A DNA stretch of 32,000 nt from Pirellulales bacterium (GTDB lineage: Bacteria; Planctomycetota; Planctomycetia; Pirellulales; JAEUIK01), in NCBI GenBank assembly GCA_965227275.1, contig CBDDFU010000001.1:2529896-2561895 (forward strand), read 5' to 3'. This document shows, one piece after another, positions 17,497 to 26,634 of the stretch. The translations under genes were made by a program, and so were the position numbers. A model generated the notes under the pieces. It did not search any database. It was not told where the DNA came from and saw only the letters and a program-made list of their open reading frames with translations. Every line of letters begins with the position of its first letter. The first letter of the stretch is position 1.

Positions 17497-18852
17497 CTAC
17501 GCTCGATCCTCGCTGCTCTCGCGTTGACCGCTTTCTTTGGCCTCACGGAGACGGCTGCGGATGGTTTCCAGCCGAGTTGCAAGCTCTTTTTCAAAGCCGC
17601 GAGCCACCGGGTGATAGTACTCTCGGTCGACGCCCAAGTAGTCTTGCGCGGCGACGCCGTCCGGATCGTTGTGCGAATACTGGTAATTTTCGCCGTGGCC
17701 CAGACGCTTCGCCCCGCGGTAATGCGAATCGCGAAGATGCACCGGCACGGGCAGCAAACGGCCTTCGACCACATCCTTGCGTGCCGCGGAGATCGCCGTT
17801 GTGGCGGCATTCGACTTCGGCGCACAGGCCAGATAGGTTACCGCTTGGGAAAGTGTGAGCTGGCACTCCGGCAAGCCGACAAACTCGCACGCTTGCATCG
17901 CGGCGACCGCCAAAGGTAGCGCCTGCGGGTCCGCATTCCCGACATCTTCGCTGGCCAAGATCACCAGGCGGCGGGTGAGAAATCTTATTTCTTCGCCGGC
18001 CTCTAGCATGCGGGCCAACCAATACAGCGCGGCGTCGGGGTCGCTGCCGCGAATGCTCTTGATCAACGCACTGACCGCATCGTAGTGCGCATCGCCATCG
18101 CGATCGTACTCGATGGCTTTCCGCTGTACCGATTCCTCGGCCAAATGACGGGTGAACTCCAAAGGCCGCTCGTTGCTGGAGAGAACCCCGATCTCCAGGG
18201 CTGATAACGCACGACGGGCATCTCCGTCGCAGACCTCGGCCAGGAACTCCAGAGCATCGTCGTGCATGCGCACTTCATGCTCGCCCAGGCCTCGCACGTT
18301 GTCGTTGAGAGCGAAGCCGATGGCGGTCTTGATGTCCTCTTTCGTGAGCGCTTGGAATTGGAAGATTTGACTGCGACTCACCAGCGCGCTGTTGAGCGCG
18401 AAGAAGGGATTGTGCGTCGTGGCCCCGACCAGTACCACCGTGCCGTTTTCGACGTCAGGAAGGAGGACGTCCTGCTGCGAACGATTGAAGCGGTGAATCT
18501 CGTCGACAAACAGCAGTGTCTTTTGCCCGTCGGCCAACAGGCGATCGCTGGCTTGCTGAAGTAAGGCCCTCAGGTCTTTGACATTGCTGGTCACGGCATT
18601 GATTTGGCAGAAGTGGCTCTTCGTCTCGCCGGCCAGCAGCCAGGCCAACGTTGTCTTGCCGGTGCCGGGCGGGCCATAGAAGATAACCGAGCCGAGTCGA
18701 TCGGCCTTGACTAGGCGACGCAGCAACTTTCCTTCACCCAGGAGATGTTGTTGACCTACGAATTCAGCCAGCGACCGTGGACGCATGCGTGCCGCCAACG
18801 GTTTCGCACGTTGGCGGTTCTTTTCCTCGCTGGCCTCGAATAGCGATTTCAT
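17497..18852 (-). CDS. rarA: Replication-associated recombination protein A (AAA+ ATPase RarA/MgsA)
   Basis: LAARMRPRSLAEFVGQQHLLG, Walker A FYGPPGTGKTTLA, Walker B LLFVDEIHRFN, and the C-terminal MgsA domain (YDAVSALIKSIRGSDPDAALYWLARML, HLRDSHYRGAKRLGHG). Confidence 0.92.
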   Translation of the reverse strand: MKSLFEASEEKNRQRAKPLAARMRPRSLAEFVGQQHLLGEGKLLRRLVKADRLGSVIFYGPPGTGKTTLAWLLAGETKSHFCQINAVTSNVKDLRALLQQASDRLLADGQKTLLFVDEIHRFNRSQQDVLLPDVENGTVVLVGATTHNPFFALNSALVSRSQIFQFQALTKEDIKTAIGFALNDNVRGLGEHEVRMHDDALEFLAEVCDGDARRALSALEIGVLSSNERPLEFTRHLAEESVQRKAIEYDRDGDAHYDAVSALIKSIRGSDPDAALYWLARMLEAGEEIRFLTRRLVILASEDVGNADPQALPLAVAAMQACEFVGLPECQLTLSQAVTYLACAPKSNAATTAISAARKDVVEGRLLPVPVHLRDSHYRGAKRLGHGENYQYSHNDPDGVAAQDYLGVDREYYHPVARGFEKELATRLETIRSRLREAKESGQRESSEDRA

Positions 18853-18960
18853 GGTTCTGGATCGCCCGATCGGTTGCGGCTGAGACGGCTGCCACGGTGA
18901 ATTCTAACAACGTTCCGCCTTGCTGTCCGACGCGCGGGGACGGTTCCGGTGAATCATCCG

Positions 18961-20058
18961 TCAAAACAGCCGCAATTGTCCCGAGGAGTTCGGCGGAGGT
19001 CGGAATTGCGAGCTGTCGAGTTGGGGTAGCCGCCGATCGAGGCCCGACTTGCGTTTAAAGACGCGGAACATGTTGGCAATCTGCTCTGCGTACGACCCTT
19101 CGCCGCGCATCCGTTTTCCAAACTCGCCGGAATTGAGTTTCCCCTCACGTGTTCGGCGAATGTGCGCCGTGACTCGTTCTGAGGCCAGGGGATGGTGATC
19201 TTCGATCCACTGCAAGAACACAGGCTCCACAGTCAGCGGAAGCCGCAGCAGAATGTAGGAGGCCGCCATCGCGCCCGCTTCGCGCGCGGCTTCGAGAATC
19301 GCCGGAATCTCACGATCGTTCAAACCGGGGATGACCGGGGCAACCATCACCTGTACGGGGATACCAGCGGTCGTCAATTCGCGAATCGCTCTCAGTCGCG
19401 CCTCGGGAGTCGATGTTCTCGGTTCCATCGTTCTGGCTAATGAGCTGTCGAGTGTCGTCACGCTCACGCTGACATTCGCTAGACTTAACTTCGCCATCGG
19501 TGATAGAAGGTCGATGTCACGACATACCAGGGCATTCTTCGTCCCGATCATCACGGGCTGACAAGCATCGTGCATCACCTGCAGACACTGGCGCGTGATA
19601 CGAAACCGACGTTCGGCAGGTTGGTAACAGTCGGTCACCCCAGAGATGGCAATCGGTTCGCCGGTCCAGGTTGCTCGCGATAGTTCTTCGCTGAGCAACT
19701 CGGCCGCGCGATGTTTGACCATAATCTTGGATTCGAAATCCAGTGCCGCATCGAAGCCCAAGTATTCGTGCGTCGGACGCGCGTAGCAGTACGCACAGCC
19801 ATGCTCGCAGCCGCGATAAGGATTGATACTCCACCGGAACGGAATATCGGGGCTGTCGTTCTCCGACAGAATGGAGTTCGTCGAGTCCTCGAGAAACTCG
19901 GTGGACACTTTGTGGGGATCGACAGGCAATTCGTCGGCCGAATCCAGATGTTCGAAGTTGTCTTCCACGTGGGTCGACTCGAACCGGTTAGGCGGACCTT
20001 TCCGCGCAGCACGTCCTGCCAAATTTCGAGTGGGTCGCGTTGGGTCGGGTGAAGCCAT
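18961..20058 (-). CDS. Radical SAM protein, PA0069/Rv2578c-like (COG1533, SplB-related)
   Basis: NPYRGCEHGCAYCYARPTHEYLGF contains the CxxxCxxC cluster motif in the context typical of this family. About 365 aa. Confidence 0.85.
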   Translation of the reverse strand: MASPDPTRPTRNLAGRAARKGPPNRFESTHVEDNFEHLDSADELPVDPHKVSTEFLEDSTNSILSENDSPDIPFRWSINPYRGCEHGCAYCYARPTHEYLGFDAALDFESKIMVKHRAAELLSEELSRATWTGEPIAISGVTDCYQPAERRFRITRQCLQVMHDACQPVMIGTKNALVCRDIDLLSPMAKLSLANVSVSVTTLDSSLARTMEPRTSTPEARLRAIRELTTAGIPVQVMVAPVIPGLNDREIPAILEAAREAGAMAASYILLRLPLTVEPVFLQWIEDHHPLASERVTAHIRRTREGKLNSGEFGKRMRGEGSYAEQIANMFRVFKRKSGLDRRLPQLDSSQFRPPPNSSGQLRLF

Positions 20059-20330
20059 GCGGGGGTACTCGGTTCGTGGTGCGTCGAATTATACGCCTTT
20101 GGCCAGTGCCACACTCCCGGCGGGCGAACGAAAGGCTTTCCTAACCGGCTCAGGACGTCGCCAGACCTGGCCATTTTCTTGACCATTGTGCCTGACGGCG
20201 GGTAGTCTGCACTCGGCGCGGTAACACTTGTCCCGGGGCGAACAACTCGCCACAAGGGCACCTATGATCCCAGCCTGCGAAGATACGCAGGCGTTCACAC
20301 GGTGCCCCGGGACTTAGCTGGAGAATTCGA

Positions 20331-22019
20331 ATGGGAGTTCGTCATTGCGGTGCTTGGGCGTGGGGGACAGTATTCAGTCTGCTGGTCATGGCTTGCGGCG
20401 TCGCGGAAGCGCGTGACTATTTTCTGACGATCGGCGGCGGGTATTCGCCGACCGGGAATCAGGTCTCTCTGGAGAAGAATGTCCAGTTCTTCGAGCGGCT
20501 CTTGCTCGAACAAGGTCTGACTGGAATTCCCCATGATGTCTACTTCAGCGATGGAGACAGCCCGCAACGGGATCTTCAGTTTCACGATCCCGACTTTGAA
20601 GTTCCCAAGGTCAATCGCTTGTTGGCCCAAATCTATGGGAAAGAAGATGGGCTGGCCCACCAGTATCGCACACATGCCCTGCAAAATGTTCGCGGCGGGT
20701 CGAATCGCAAAAATCTGACGCGGTGGTTTCAGGAAGTCGGTAGCAAGCTGGAGTCGGGCGACCGCTTGTTGATTTATCTGACCGGACACGGTGGCAAGGG
20801 AAAGCCGATCAAGAATCCACACTTCTATATGTGGAACGGAGAGCGGATGCCGGTGAAGGACTTCGTCTCGCAGCTCGATGAACTTCCGCAGGGCGTGTCG
20901 GTCGTAACGGTCATGGTGCAATGCTACTCCGGCGGGTTCGCCAATATGGTGTTCGAAGAGGGGGACGAGGAAAACGGGTTGGCCGATGCTTCTCGCTGCG
21001 GATTCTTCGCCACGGTAAAGGATCGCGTAGCGGCCGGCTGCACACCTGACATCTCGGAGGAAGACTATCACGAGTACAGCACTTACTTCTGGGCAGCCGT
21101 GGGTGGCAAAACTCGCATCGGCGAGCCGATCGACAAGCCCGACTACGATCAGGACGGAGAAGTCTCGTTCTTGGAGGCCCATGCCTATGCGTTGCTCACC
21201 TCCCCGACAATCGATATCTCGGTGAAGACCTCGGATGTGTTTCTTCGTACGTACAGCACCCTGGAATCTAAAGACAACGATGCTCTGTTGTCCCTCGAAA
21301 CACCTTATGAAGACCTGATGGCAGTGGCCGACCCCATTGAAACGGCCGTGATCGAAGGGCTCTCCTCGCAGCTTGGCCTGACGGACCGTAACCGCGCGGC
21401 CGTGACCAAGAAATTGGCGAAGTCGGTTGAGAAAGAGAAGAAGGAGATTGAAGGGCGCAAGCGGAAGTTGCTGGGGCAGTTGAGCGGCATCCGCAAGCAC
21501 ATTCGCGATGTACTGCGGGACCGATGGCCCGAGATGGAAAACCCCTGGCATCCCGAGGTGGCCGATTTCCTGGCTCTTGATGCGGCGGCCATCGTTTTGG
21601 CGATTGAGTCGCATCCCCAGTACAGTCGTTTTGTGGAGCTGAAATCAAACGTGCAGAAACTCGATGACAGTCGCTTCGATCTCGAACGTCGCTGGGTGAA
21701 ATGCCAGCGCTTGCTAAGAACGCTAGAGAATGTCGTCCTGGCCGCAAACCTGACACAGGTGGCCTCGCCCGAGATTCTCGAACGTTACGCAGACCTGCAA
21801 GCCGCTGAGGGTGCCTCACTGAAAACAGCACCAACGGCCGGCAACGAAGAACCGCAAGAAACTTCCCCGCTGGTTCCCGTCAGCACGATCAGTGTTGAAT
21901 CGGAGGTCGAAGCGTCAACACCCGAGACGGAAACTGACATCGACGCCGAAGTTCCGCAACAGCCCAGTGACGAAGAGCCAACGAACTGCCGGGTATTGAC
22001 GGAACATCTGCATCGATAG
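20331..22019 (+). CDS. Secreted clan-CD (legumain C13 / caspase-fold)-like protein with an EF-hand loop and a coiled-coil, acidic C-terminal region
   Basis: Signal or lipoprotein-like N-terminus WGTVFSLLVMACGVAEA. His-Gly/Cys dyad context LLIYLTGHGG (His codon 20787-20789) and VVTVMVQCYSGGF (Cys codon 20922-20924). EF-hand loop DYDQDGEVSFLE (21141-21176). Lys/Glu-rich coiled-coil segment KKLAKSVEKEKKEIEGRKRKLL. Confidence 0.6.
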   Translation: MGVRHCGAWAWGTVFSLLVMACGVAEARDYFLTIGGGYSPTGNQVSLEKNVQFFERLLLEQGLTGIPHDVYFSDGDSPQRDLQFHDPDFEVPKVNRLLAQIYGKEDGLAHQYRTHALQNVRGGSNRKNLTRWFQEVGSKLESGDRLLIYLTGHGGKGKPIKNPHFYMWNGERMPVKDFVSQLDELPQGVSVVTVMVQCYSGGFANMVFEEGDEENGLADASRCGFFATVKDRVAAGCTPDISEEDYHEYSTYFWAAVGGKTRIGEPIDKPDYDQDGEVSFLEAHAYALLTSPTIDISVKTSDVFLRTYSTLESKDNDALLSLETPYEDLMAVADPIETAVIEGLSSQLGLTDRNRAAVTKKLAKSVEKEKKEIEGRKRKLLGQLSGIRKHIRDVLRDRWPEMENPWHPEVADFLALDAAAIVLAIESHPQYSRFVELKSNVQKLDDSRFDLERRWVKCQRLLRTLENVVLAANLTQVASPEILERYADLQAAEGASLKTAPTAGNEEPQETSPLVPVSTISVESEVEASTPETETDIDAEVPQQPSDEEPTNCRVLTEHLHR

Positions 22020-22037
22020 CGACAGTGCCGACCGCTG

Positions 22038-22757
22038 CTAGGGCCACGGCAACGGTCCTCGCGGGGGTAATGTTGCCGACAGCGGGCACTCTTCGCACTT
22101 GGGCTGCTTGCGACAGTAGCCATTGCCGACGCGGACCAACAGAGCGTGGTATTCATTGAACAGCGCCACGTCGCGCCGCAGGTGCTGCTCGAAGTGACGT
22201 TTGACCGTGTGGTAGTCGGCCTGATGTTCGATCCAGCCATGCCGTTTCAAAACGCGTTGGGTGTAGGCGTCGACGACAAACGTCGCCTTCTCGCCCGCGT
22301 ACAACAGAATCGAATCGGCGGTTTCGGGACCGATACCATTGACGGTCAGCAGTTGCGTTCGCAGCGATTCCGTTTCAGTGGCGAACATCGCGTCGAGCGA
22401 AGCGTCGTGCTCATCGACGATGAACTCCAGCAAATTTCGCAACCTTTTGGCCTTCAGTCGGAAGTATCCCGCCGGGCGAATCAGCTCGGCGAGCTCTTCG
22501 ACTGAAAGCTCGTACATGGCGGTCAGTGCCAGAACGTCTGCTTCTCGAAGATTGTCGATGGCCCTTTCTACGTTTTTCCAGCTTGTGTTTTGCGTCAGCA
22601 CCGCTCCTACGATCACCTCGAAGGCGCTTTCGCCGGGCCACCATGCTTGTGGGCCGAAATGATTGAGCAGCCGCCGGTAAACTTCGCGTAATCGCGCTGC
22701 GTGCGAATCCTTGCGCGACGGGTTTTTCTTGCCGGAGCGTTTGGGGCTTTGTTTCAT
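22038..22757 (-). CDS. Endonuclease III domain (HhH-GPD superfamily) protein
   Basis: ORF 22038..22925(-) with the likely Met at 22757 (MKQSPKRSGKK). FEVIVGAVLTQNTSWKNVERAI, HhH element LLTVNGIGPETADSILLYA, FVVDAYTQRVLKRHG, and a C-terminal Cys cluster CRKQPKCEECPL. Confidence 0.85.
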   Translation of the reverse strand: MKQSPKRSGKKNPSRKDSHAARLREVYRRLLNHFGPQAWWPGESAFEVIVGAVLTQNTSWKNVERAIDNLREADVLALTAMYELSVEELAELIRPAGYFRLKAKRLRNLLEFIVDEHDASLDAMFATETESLRTQLLTVNGIGPETADSILLYAGEKATFVVDAYTQRVLKRHGWIEHQADYHTVKRHFEQHLRRDVALFNEYHALLVRVGNGYCRKQPKCEECPLSATLPPRGPLPWP

Positions 22758-23053
22758 AGTTGTTTCGGTTATCCGAACAGAATCGCAGTCGAACGAGGTG
22801 CAGCGGTGAGGGGATCCGGGAAAAGATTGACCTCCGCAGAATTCCCCGACCCCGCAAACGTTCTCGTAGGATTGTATCGGTTCCAGCGACCGCTTCGATG
22901 GCCGGACGTCGAGTAAAGCTAGCATTGGTTTCGGTCGAATTTCGATGCAGGTTCTTTCCCGGGTGGTTTCCGCGAAGTCCTGCTTCGCCCGGCGAGATAC
23001 TTTGAGCGCGTCAAGGGAATCGCGGCGCTCAGCAAATTACCGACATCACGACC

Positions 23054-23809
23054 ATGAGTCTGGCAAAGACCTATTTCGATCAAGCCCGAGGGCCGGTGGC
23101 GAGTCTCTTTTTCGTCATTCCGCTGCTGGTGCTGTACTTGTGCGGCGAGCTCTTGTCGTCGGAGGCCAGCCACACCAAAACGCTCGAGGTCTGGCCGCAA
23201 CACGCATCCGCATCGCTAGGCATCGGCTCCTGGATGGCCTTGCCCGCATTGACGGTGGCGGCGTTGATTTTCTGGAGCCGCCGTAAACGAAGCCGGTGGA
23301 ATGTGCCGGCCTACGTTGTGATTGGTATGTGGGTCGAGTGTGCCTTGTTGGCGGCAATTGCGCTGAGTGTCGTTCATGGATCATTTGTGGACATGCCAGG
23401 GCTTTCCGCAAATTCAACCGAGGCGGGATTGGCCGATGCGGCGCCTTCGGCGTTGCGGCAGTGGAAAATCGGTGTCAGCGTCGAGGAAGTTCTGGCCATC
23501 GTCAAAACGGGCGTCAGCGAAGACGTGCTGTTCCGGCTGCTAATGTTTCCGGCCGTGGTGTGGGTGCTGAAAAGATCTCAACAGTCGCGCCAGGTATGCC
23601 TGGCAGCAGCGGTTATCGTCACAACGGCCGCCGCGGTGGCGATGAACCATTTCGGATGGTACACGAGCCCCCATAGTTCGCTTCACTGGTCACGATGCGC
23701 AATCCATTCCGCGGTTCTGGGAACGTTGTTTGCGTTCCGTGGCTTTGGCATCACCGCGGGAACCCACGCCATCTATCTTGTTGCGACCGGTCTCTTACTG
23801 GTTGGTTAG
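23054..23809 (+). CDS. Multi-pass membrane protein, possibly a CPBP-family intramembrane protease
   Basis: Six or so hydrophobic segments. SEDVLFRLLMF resembles CPBP motif 1 (EExxxR). AMNHF and AIHSAV are weak matches to motifs 2 and 3. The family call is tentative. Confidence 0.45.
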   Translation: MSLAKTYFDQARGPVASLFFVIPLLVLYLCGELLSSEASHTKTLEVWPQHASASLGIGSWMALPALTVAALIFWSRRKRSRWNVPAYVVIGMWVECALLAAIALSVVHGSFVDMPGLSANSTEAGLADAAPSALRQWKIGVSVEEVLAIVKTGVSEDVLFRLLMFPAVVWVLKRSQQSRQVCLAAAVIVTTAAAVAMNHFGWYTSPHSSLHWSRCAIHSAVLGTLFAFRGFGITAGTHAIYLVATGLLLVG

Positions 23810-23820
23810 CATCGATCGCG

Positions 23821-23841
23821 GCTGCAAAAAATATTTGCAGC
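23821..23841 (+). terminator. Hairpin just downstream of the membrane-protein gene (weak terminator candidate)
   Basis: GCTGCAAA/TTTGCAGC 8-bp stem with a 5-nt loop, 12 nt after the TAG at 23807-23809. No clear U-tract follows. Confidence 0.25.
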
Positions 23842-24116
23842 GACGGCGATTCTCCAAGGAACGTATTGTCCGAAGCTTGTCAAGCGAATTGTTCCGGCGA
23901 TTTTTTTGGCAAAGCACATCGCGCGCCAATTGATTGGCGACCTGCTCTTCCGCAACTTTCTTTTGTCGTGAAACGCGAGGTGAATTCGGCATCGCCGCGC
24001 TGATGTATTCTTCGGCGAACCGTCGCCTCGTTGTGCTAGCTGCGAGATTTCGGACTAACAATCACTCGCTTGTCAAGTCAGAAATCAACCACAAAGTTTG
24101 TTGTGCCAAGCGCCCT

Positions 24117-24145
24117 TTGAGAGAGAACCATGCGCGACCTATAAT
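24117..24145 (+). promoter_or_regulatory. Candidate sigma70-type promoter for the DUF2617-like gene
   Basis: TTGAGA (24117-24122), a 17-nt spacer, then a perfect TATAAT (24140-24145), about 77 nt upstream of the GTG at 24222. Confidence 0.3.
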
Positions 24146-24221
24146 AGCTTCGATTCAGTCGAGTACTCGTCCAACATCACATCGATCGCGATTCGATCAT
24201 TCGAGCGAAGGAAACTTTCCC

Positions 24222-24761
24222 GTGCTGTCCGTACGACCCAAAATCAAAGAACTGGTTTTTCAGCTATACGGTCGCGCCCTGCATCCCGAGTTGTTTGCAG
24301 TGCACGGATCACGGACGGTTTCGCGAGGCGATTACGAAGCAACCATTCAAATCACCAGTGCGGGTCACGTGGTGAAGTGGTGTTATCAAGGAATCACATT
24401 GACGGAAGTTGCCACATCGGCGCACCACCCTTTGCCACAAAAACGACGCCTGCTTTCCTATCGCCTAAACGGCGAGCGAAACGATTCCGTTGAGTGTCGC
24501 GGAGGAGTTAGCTACCAGATGGGATTCCAACTCGAACCGGTCGACCCCGAGGTCTTCTGGACATTTCAAGACGAACTGTGCCGCGACGGGGAGTGCCGCG
24601 GAATGCTGCACCGGTTCGATTCCAGCGGGCGGATGGCCCTGGGGGCGTTGAGCTATATCAACGTCGAGACCCGATCTCGCAGTCTCATCGTGCAAGCTTT
24701 TCACACGTTTCCCGATGACTACGCCATCGTGAAGAGCCAATCGATGTTCGAAGTGCCGTAG
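24222..24761 (+). CDS. DUF2617-like protein
   Basis: ORF 23934..24761. The in-frame GTG at 24222 has GAAGGA upstream. The N-terminus LSVRPKIKELVFQLYGRALHPELFAVHGSR...YEATIQITSAGHVVKW matches my memory of DUF2617 proteins. The sequence upstream of 24222 does not look coding. Confidence 0.55.
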   Translation: MLSVRPKIKELVFQLYGRALHPELFAVHGSRTVSRGDYEATIQITSAGHVVKWCYQGITLTEVATSAHHPLPQKRRLLSYRLNGERNDSVECRGGVSYQMGFQLEPVDPEVFWTFQDELCRDGECRGMLHRFDSSGRMALGALSYINVETRSRSLIVQAFHTFPDDYAIVKSQSMFEVP

Positions 24762-24783
24762 GCCCCCTATTCATTACCTGCTG

Positions 24784-25593
24784 CTACTGCGGCAGACTCT
24801 TGAGAAAGCTCAGCAACACCTCATTCGTTGCGGAGGGGTTTTCCAGCGGCGCCATGTGACCGGCGTTCGGAATAACCGCGAATTCTGCTTTCGGCATGGC
24901 TGCGGCTATCGATTGCATCTCTTCGACGGGAGATATTTCGTCCTCTTCGCCAACGACAAGCAACGCGGGTAGATTGATTTGATCCAGGTACTCACGCGCA
25001 TCTTCACGCTGCGCCATCCCCCGCAGTGCGGCGGCGATGCCTTCGGGCGACGCCCGACCAATCATCGCACGAACGTCGTCGATCATCTCAGGGTTCTTCT
25101 CTCTCGTTTCTTTTGAGAACAACTTGGGAATCATGGCCTTGACCAAAGGGATGCGCCCCTGGCGGAGGACTTTTTCGGCAGTATCGTGACGTCCTTGAGC
25201 AGCCTCCGGGCTGTCCGGCGCGGCTCGGGTGTCGCACAGAACCAGAGCTGCCACACGTTTGGGATGACGACGCCAGAATTGCCATGCGATGTAGCCTCCC
25301 ATCGACAGCCCGCAGAACGTGATCGGCTCGCCGATGGCGAGTGCATCCAACAGTTCGAACAAATCGTCTGCAAAGCGTTCCATTGACACAACGTCCGGTG
25401 TGGTGTCCGAAGTGCCGAAGCCTCGCAGGTCGGGCACGATCACACGGTGCGAATCACGAAGCGCGTCGATCTGGGGCCGCCACATGGCGTGATCGAGCGG
25501 GAAGCCGTGCGCGAAGAGAACGCAAGGCCCGCTGCCTTCATCGACGACACCCATGCGAATCCCCGCGACTTCAACCGATTTCATTGCGTGCAT
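24784..25593 (-). CDS. Alpha/beta hydrolase (enol-lactonase / haloperoxidase-like)
   Basis: VLFAHGFPLDHAMW, nucleophile elbow CGLSMGGYIA, and C-terminal IPNAGHMAPLENP. Met at 25593 has GAAGGTGAG upstream. The longer 25689 start would overlap the upstream gene. Confidence 0.8.
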   Translation of the reverse strand: MHAMKSVEVAGIRMGVVDEGSGPCVLFAHGFPLDHAMWRPQIDALRDSHRVIVPDLRGFGTSDTTPDVVSMERFADDLFELLDALAIGEPITFCGLSMGGYIAWQFWRRHPKRVAALVLCDTRAAPDSPEAAQGRHDTAEKVLRQGRIPLVKAMIPKLFSKETREKNPEMIDDVRAMIGRASPEGIAAALRGMAQREDAREYLDQINLPALLVVGEEDEISPVEEMQSIAAAMPKAEFAVIPNAGHMAPLENPSATNEVLLSFLKSLPQ

Positions 25594-25640
25594 CGACTCA
25601 CCTTCTGCAAGCTGTGGCGTGACTACTTGGACAACAAGCT

Positions 25641-26585
25641 CTATCGTAACGCCAAGTGTTTGGCAAAGAAGTGTTCCACGCGGTTCCACATGGCCGGGGT
25701 CAGTTCGTGACCGACCTGTGGTTCGACGAAGTGTGAAAAATTCTCACCGGCCCCGTGCGCTTCGTATGCCGCCGCGATTGTTTGCAGTCCTCGTCGAACC
25801 TCGTCGATGGGACTGCCGGCATCGAGCTCGCCAAAGTTGAGATGCAAGGGTCGGGGAGCGAGCAAGGCTGCGATGTCGGGCGTGTCACCGTATTGCTGAA
25901 TTCCCGGGATGAAGTTGGCGAAACAATGTAGCAGGGCGTTTTGCCGGATACCTTGGTAAGTCGGCAGGCAGCAATTGCCAGCCAACGCTTTCAATCGCGG
26001 TTCCCATGGCCCGACTAACCAGGTGAACGTCGACCCCATCGAGTGTCCAAAGCAGCCGACTCGGTCTCGATCGACCTCGCCGCGAGTTTCCAGGTAATCG
26101 ACGGCCCGACGCATATCGAGAATGGCTTTCCAGGCCAACGATTTTCCGGCGACCACGTATTGCAGAAACAAGAACCGCTCGAAGTCGCCACCCTGCAGCA
26201 CGGGAGATTGTCGTTCCTCGAAACACATCGCATCGGGGCAAAGCACGACGTAGCCTGCCTTGGCGAATTGAACTCCCACGTGTTGTCGAATATCGCCTGC
26301 GATTCCAGCGGGCTCGGACTTTCCAAGCTGCCAGTCGTTATTGTGTTGATGCCAGACGCAAATCGCGGGGGCAGCGCACTGCGGCGTTGCCGAATCGGGG
26401 ACTAGCAACACGGCCGGAACGCGATCTTCGGATTCGGCTGCGTAGCTGATGAACTCCCGTGTGAATCCGTCGCACGATTCGCTGGTGGATGTCTTCGCAT
26501 CCAAAGGGTACTCAGCGGGCCATGGCCCACCTAGAACTTCCAAGAGGTGAGCACGAAACTGTTCCGGTGAGAGTTTGGCAGCCAT
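25641..26585 (-). CDS. Alpha/beta hydrolase, dienelactone hydrolase / acetyl-esterase-like
   Basis: VPAVLLVP...CVWHQHN, nucleophile elbow CFGHSMGSTF, and GELDAGSP...VGHEL near the C-terminus. Confidence 0.7.
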   Translation of the reverse strand: MAAKLSPEQFRAHLLEVLGGPWPAEYPLDAKTSTSESCDGFTREFISYAAESEDRVPAVLLVPDSATPQCAAPAICVWHQHNNDWQLGKSEPAGIAGDIRQHVGVQFAKAGYVVLCPDAMCFEERQSPVLQGGDFERFLFLQYVVAGKSLAWKAILDMRRAVDYLETRGEVDRDRVGCFGHSMGSTFTWLVGPWEPRLKALAGNCCLPTYQGIRQNALLHCFANFIPGIQQYGDTPDIAALLAPRPLHLNFGELDAGSPIDEVRRGLQTIAAAYEAHGAGENFSHFVEPQVGHELTPAMWNRVEHFFAKHLALR

Positions 26586-26634
26586 GATAGGCGAACATCT
26601 GCAGCAGATTCCACGGACCAGGCAGTGCGCCGGG

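Noticed and set aside
20295-21614. 439-aa ORF on the minus strand
   Set aside because: It is entirely antisense to the motif-bearing legumain-like gene. Its Arg/Leu/Gly-rich composition has no recognisable motifs. This is the typical shadow ORF produced by codon bias in GC-rich genes.
23795-24061. 88-aa basic minus-strand ORF
   Set aside because: Low-complexity Arg/Asn-rich sequence that overlaps the 3' end of the membrane-protein gene, with no motif or ribosome-binding site. It sits in what looks like a regulatory spacer.
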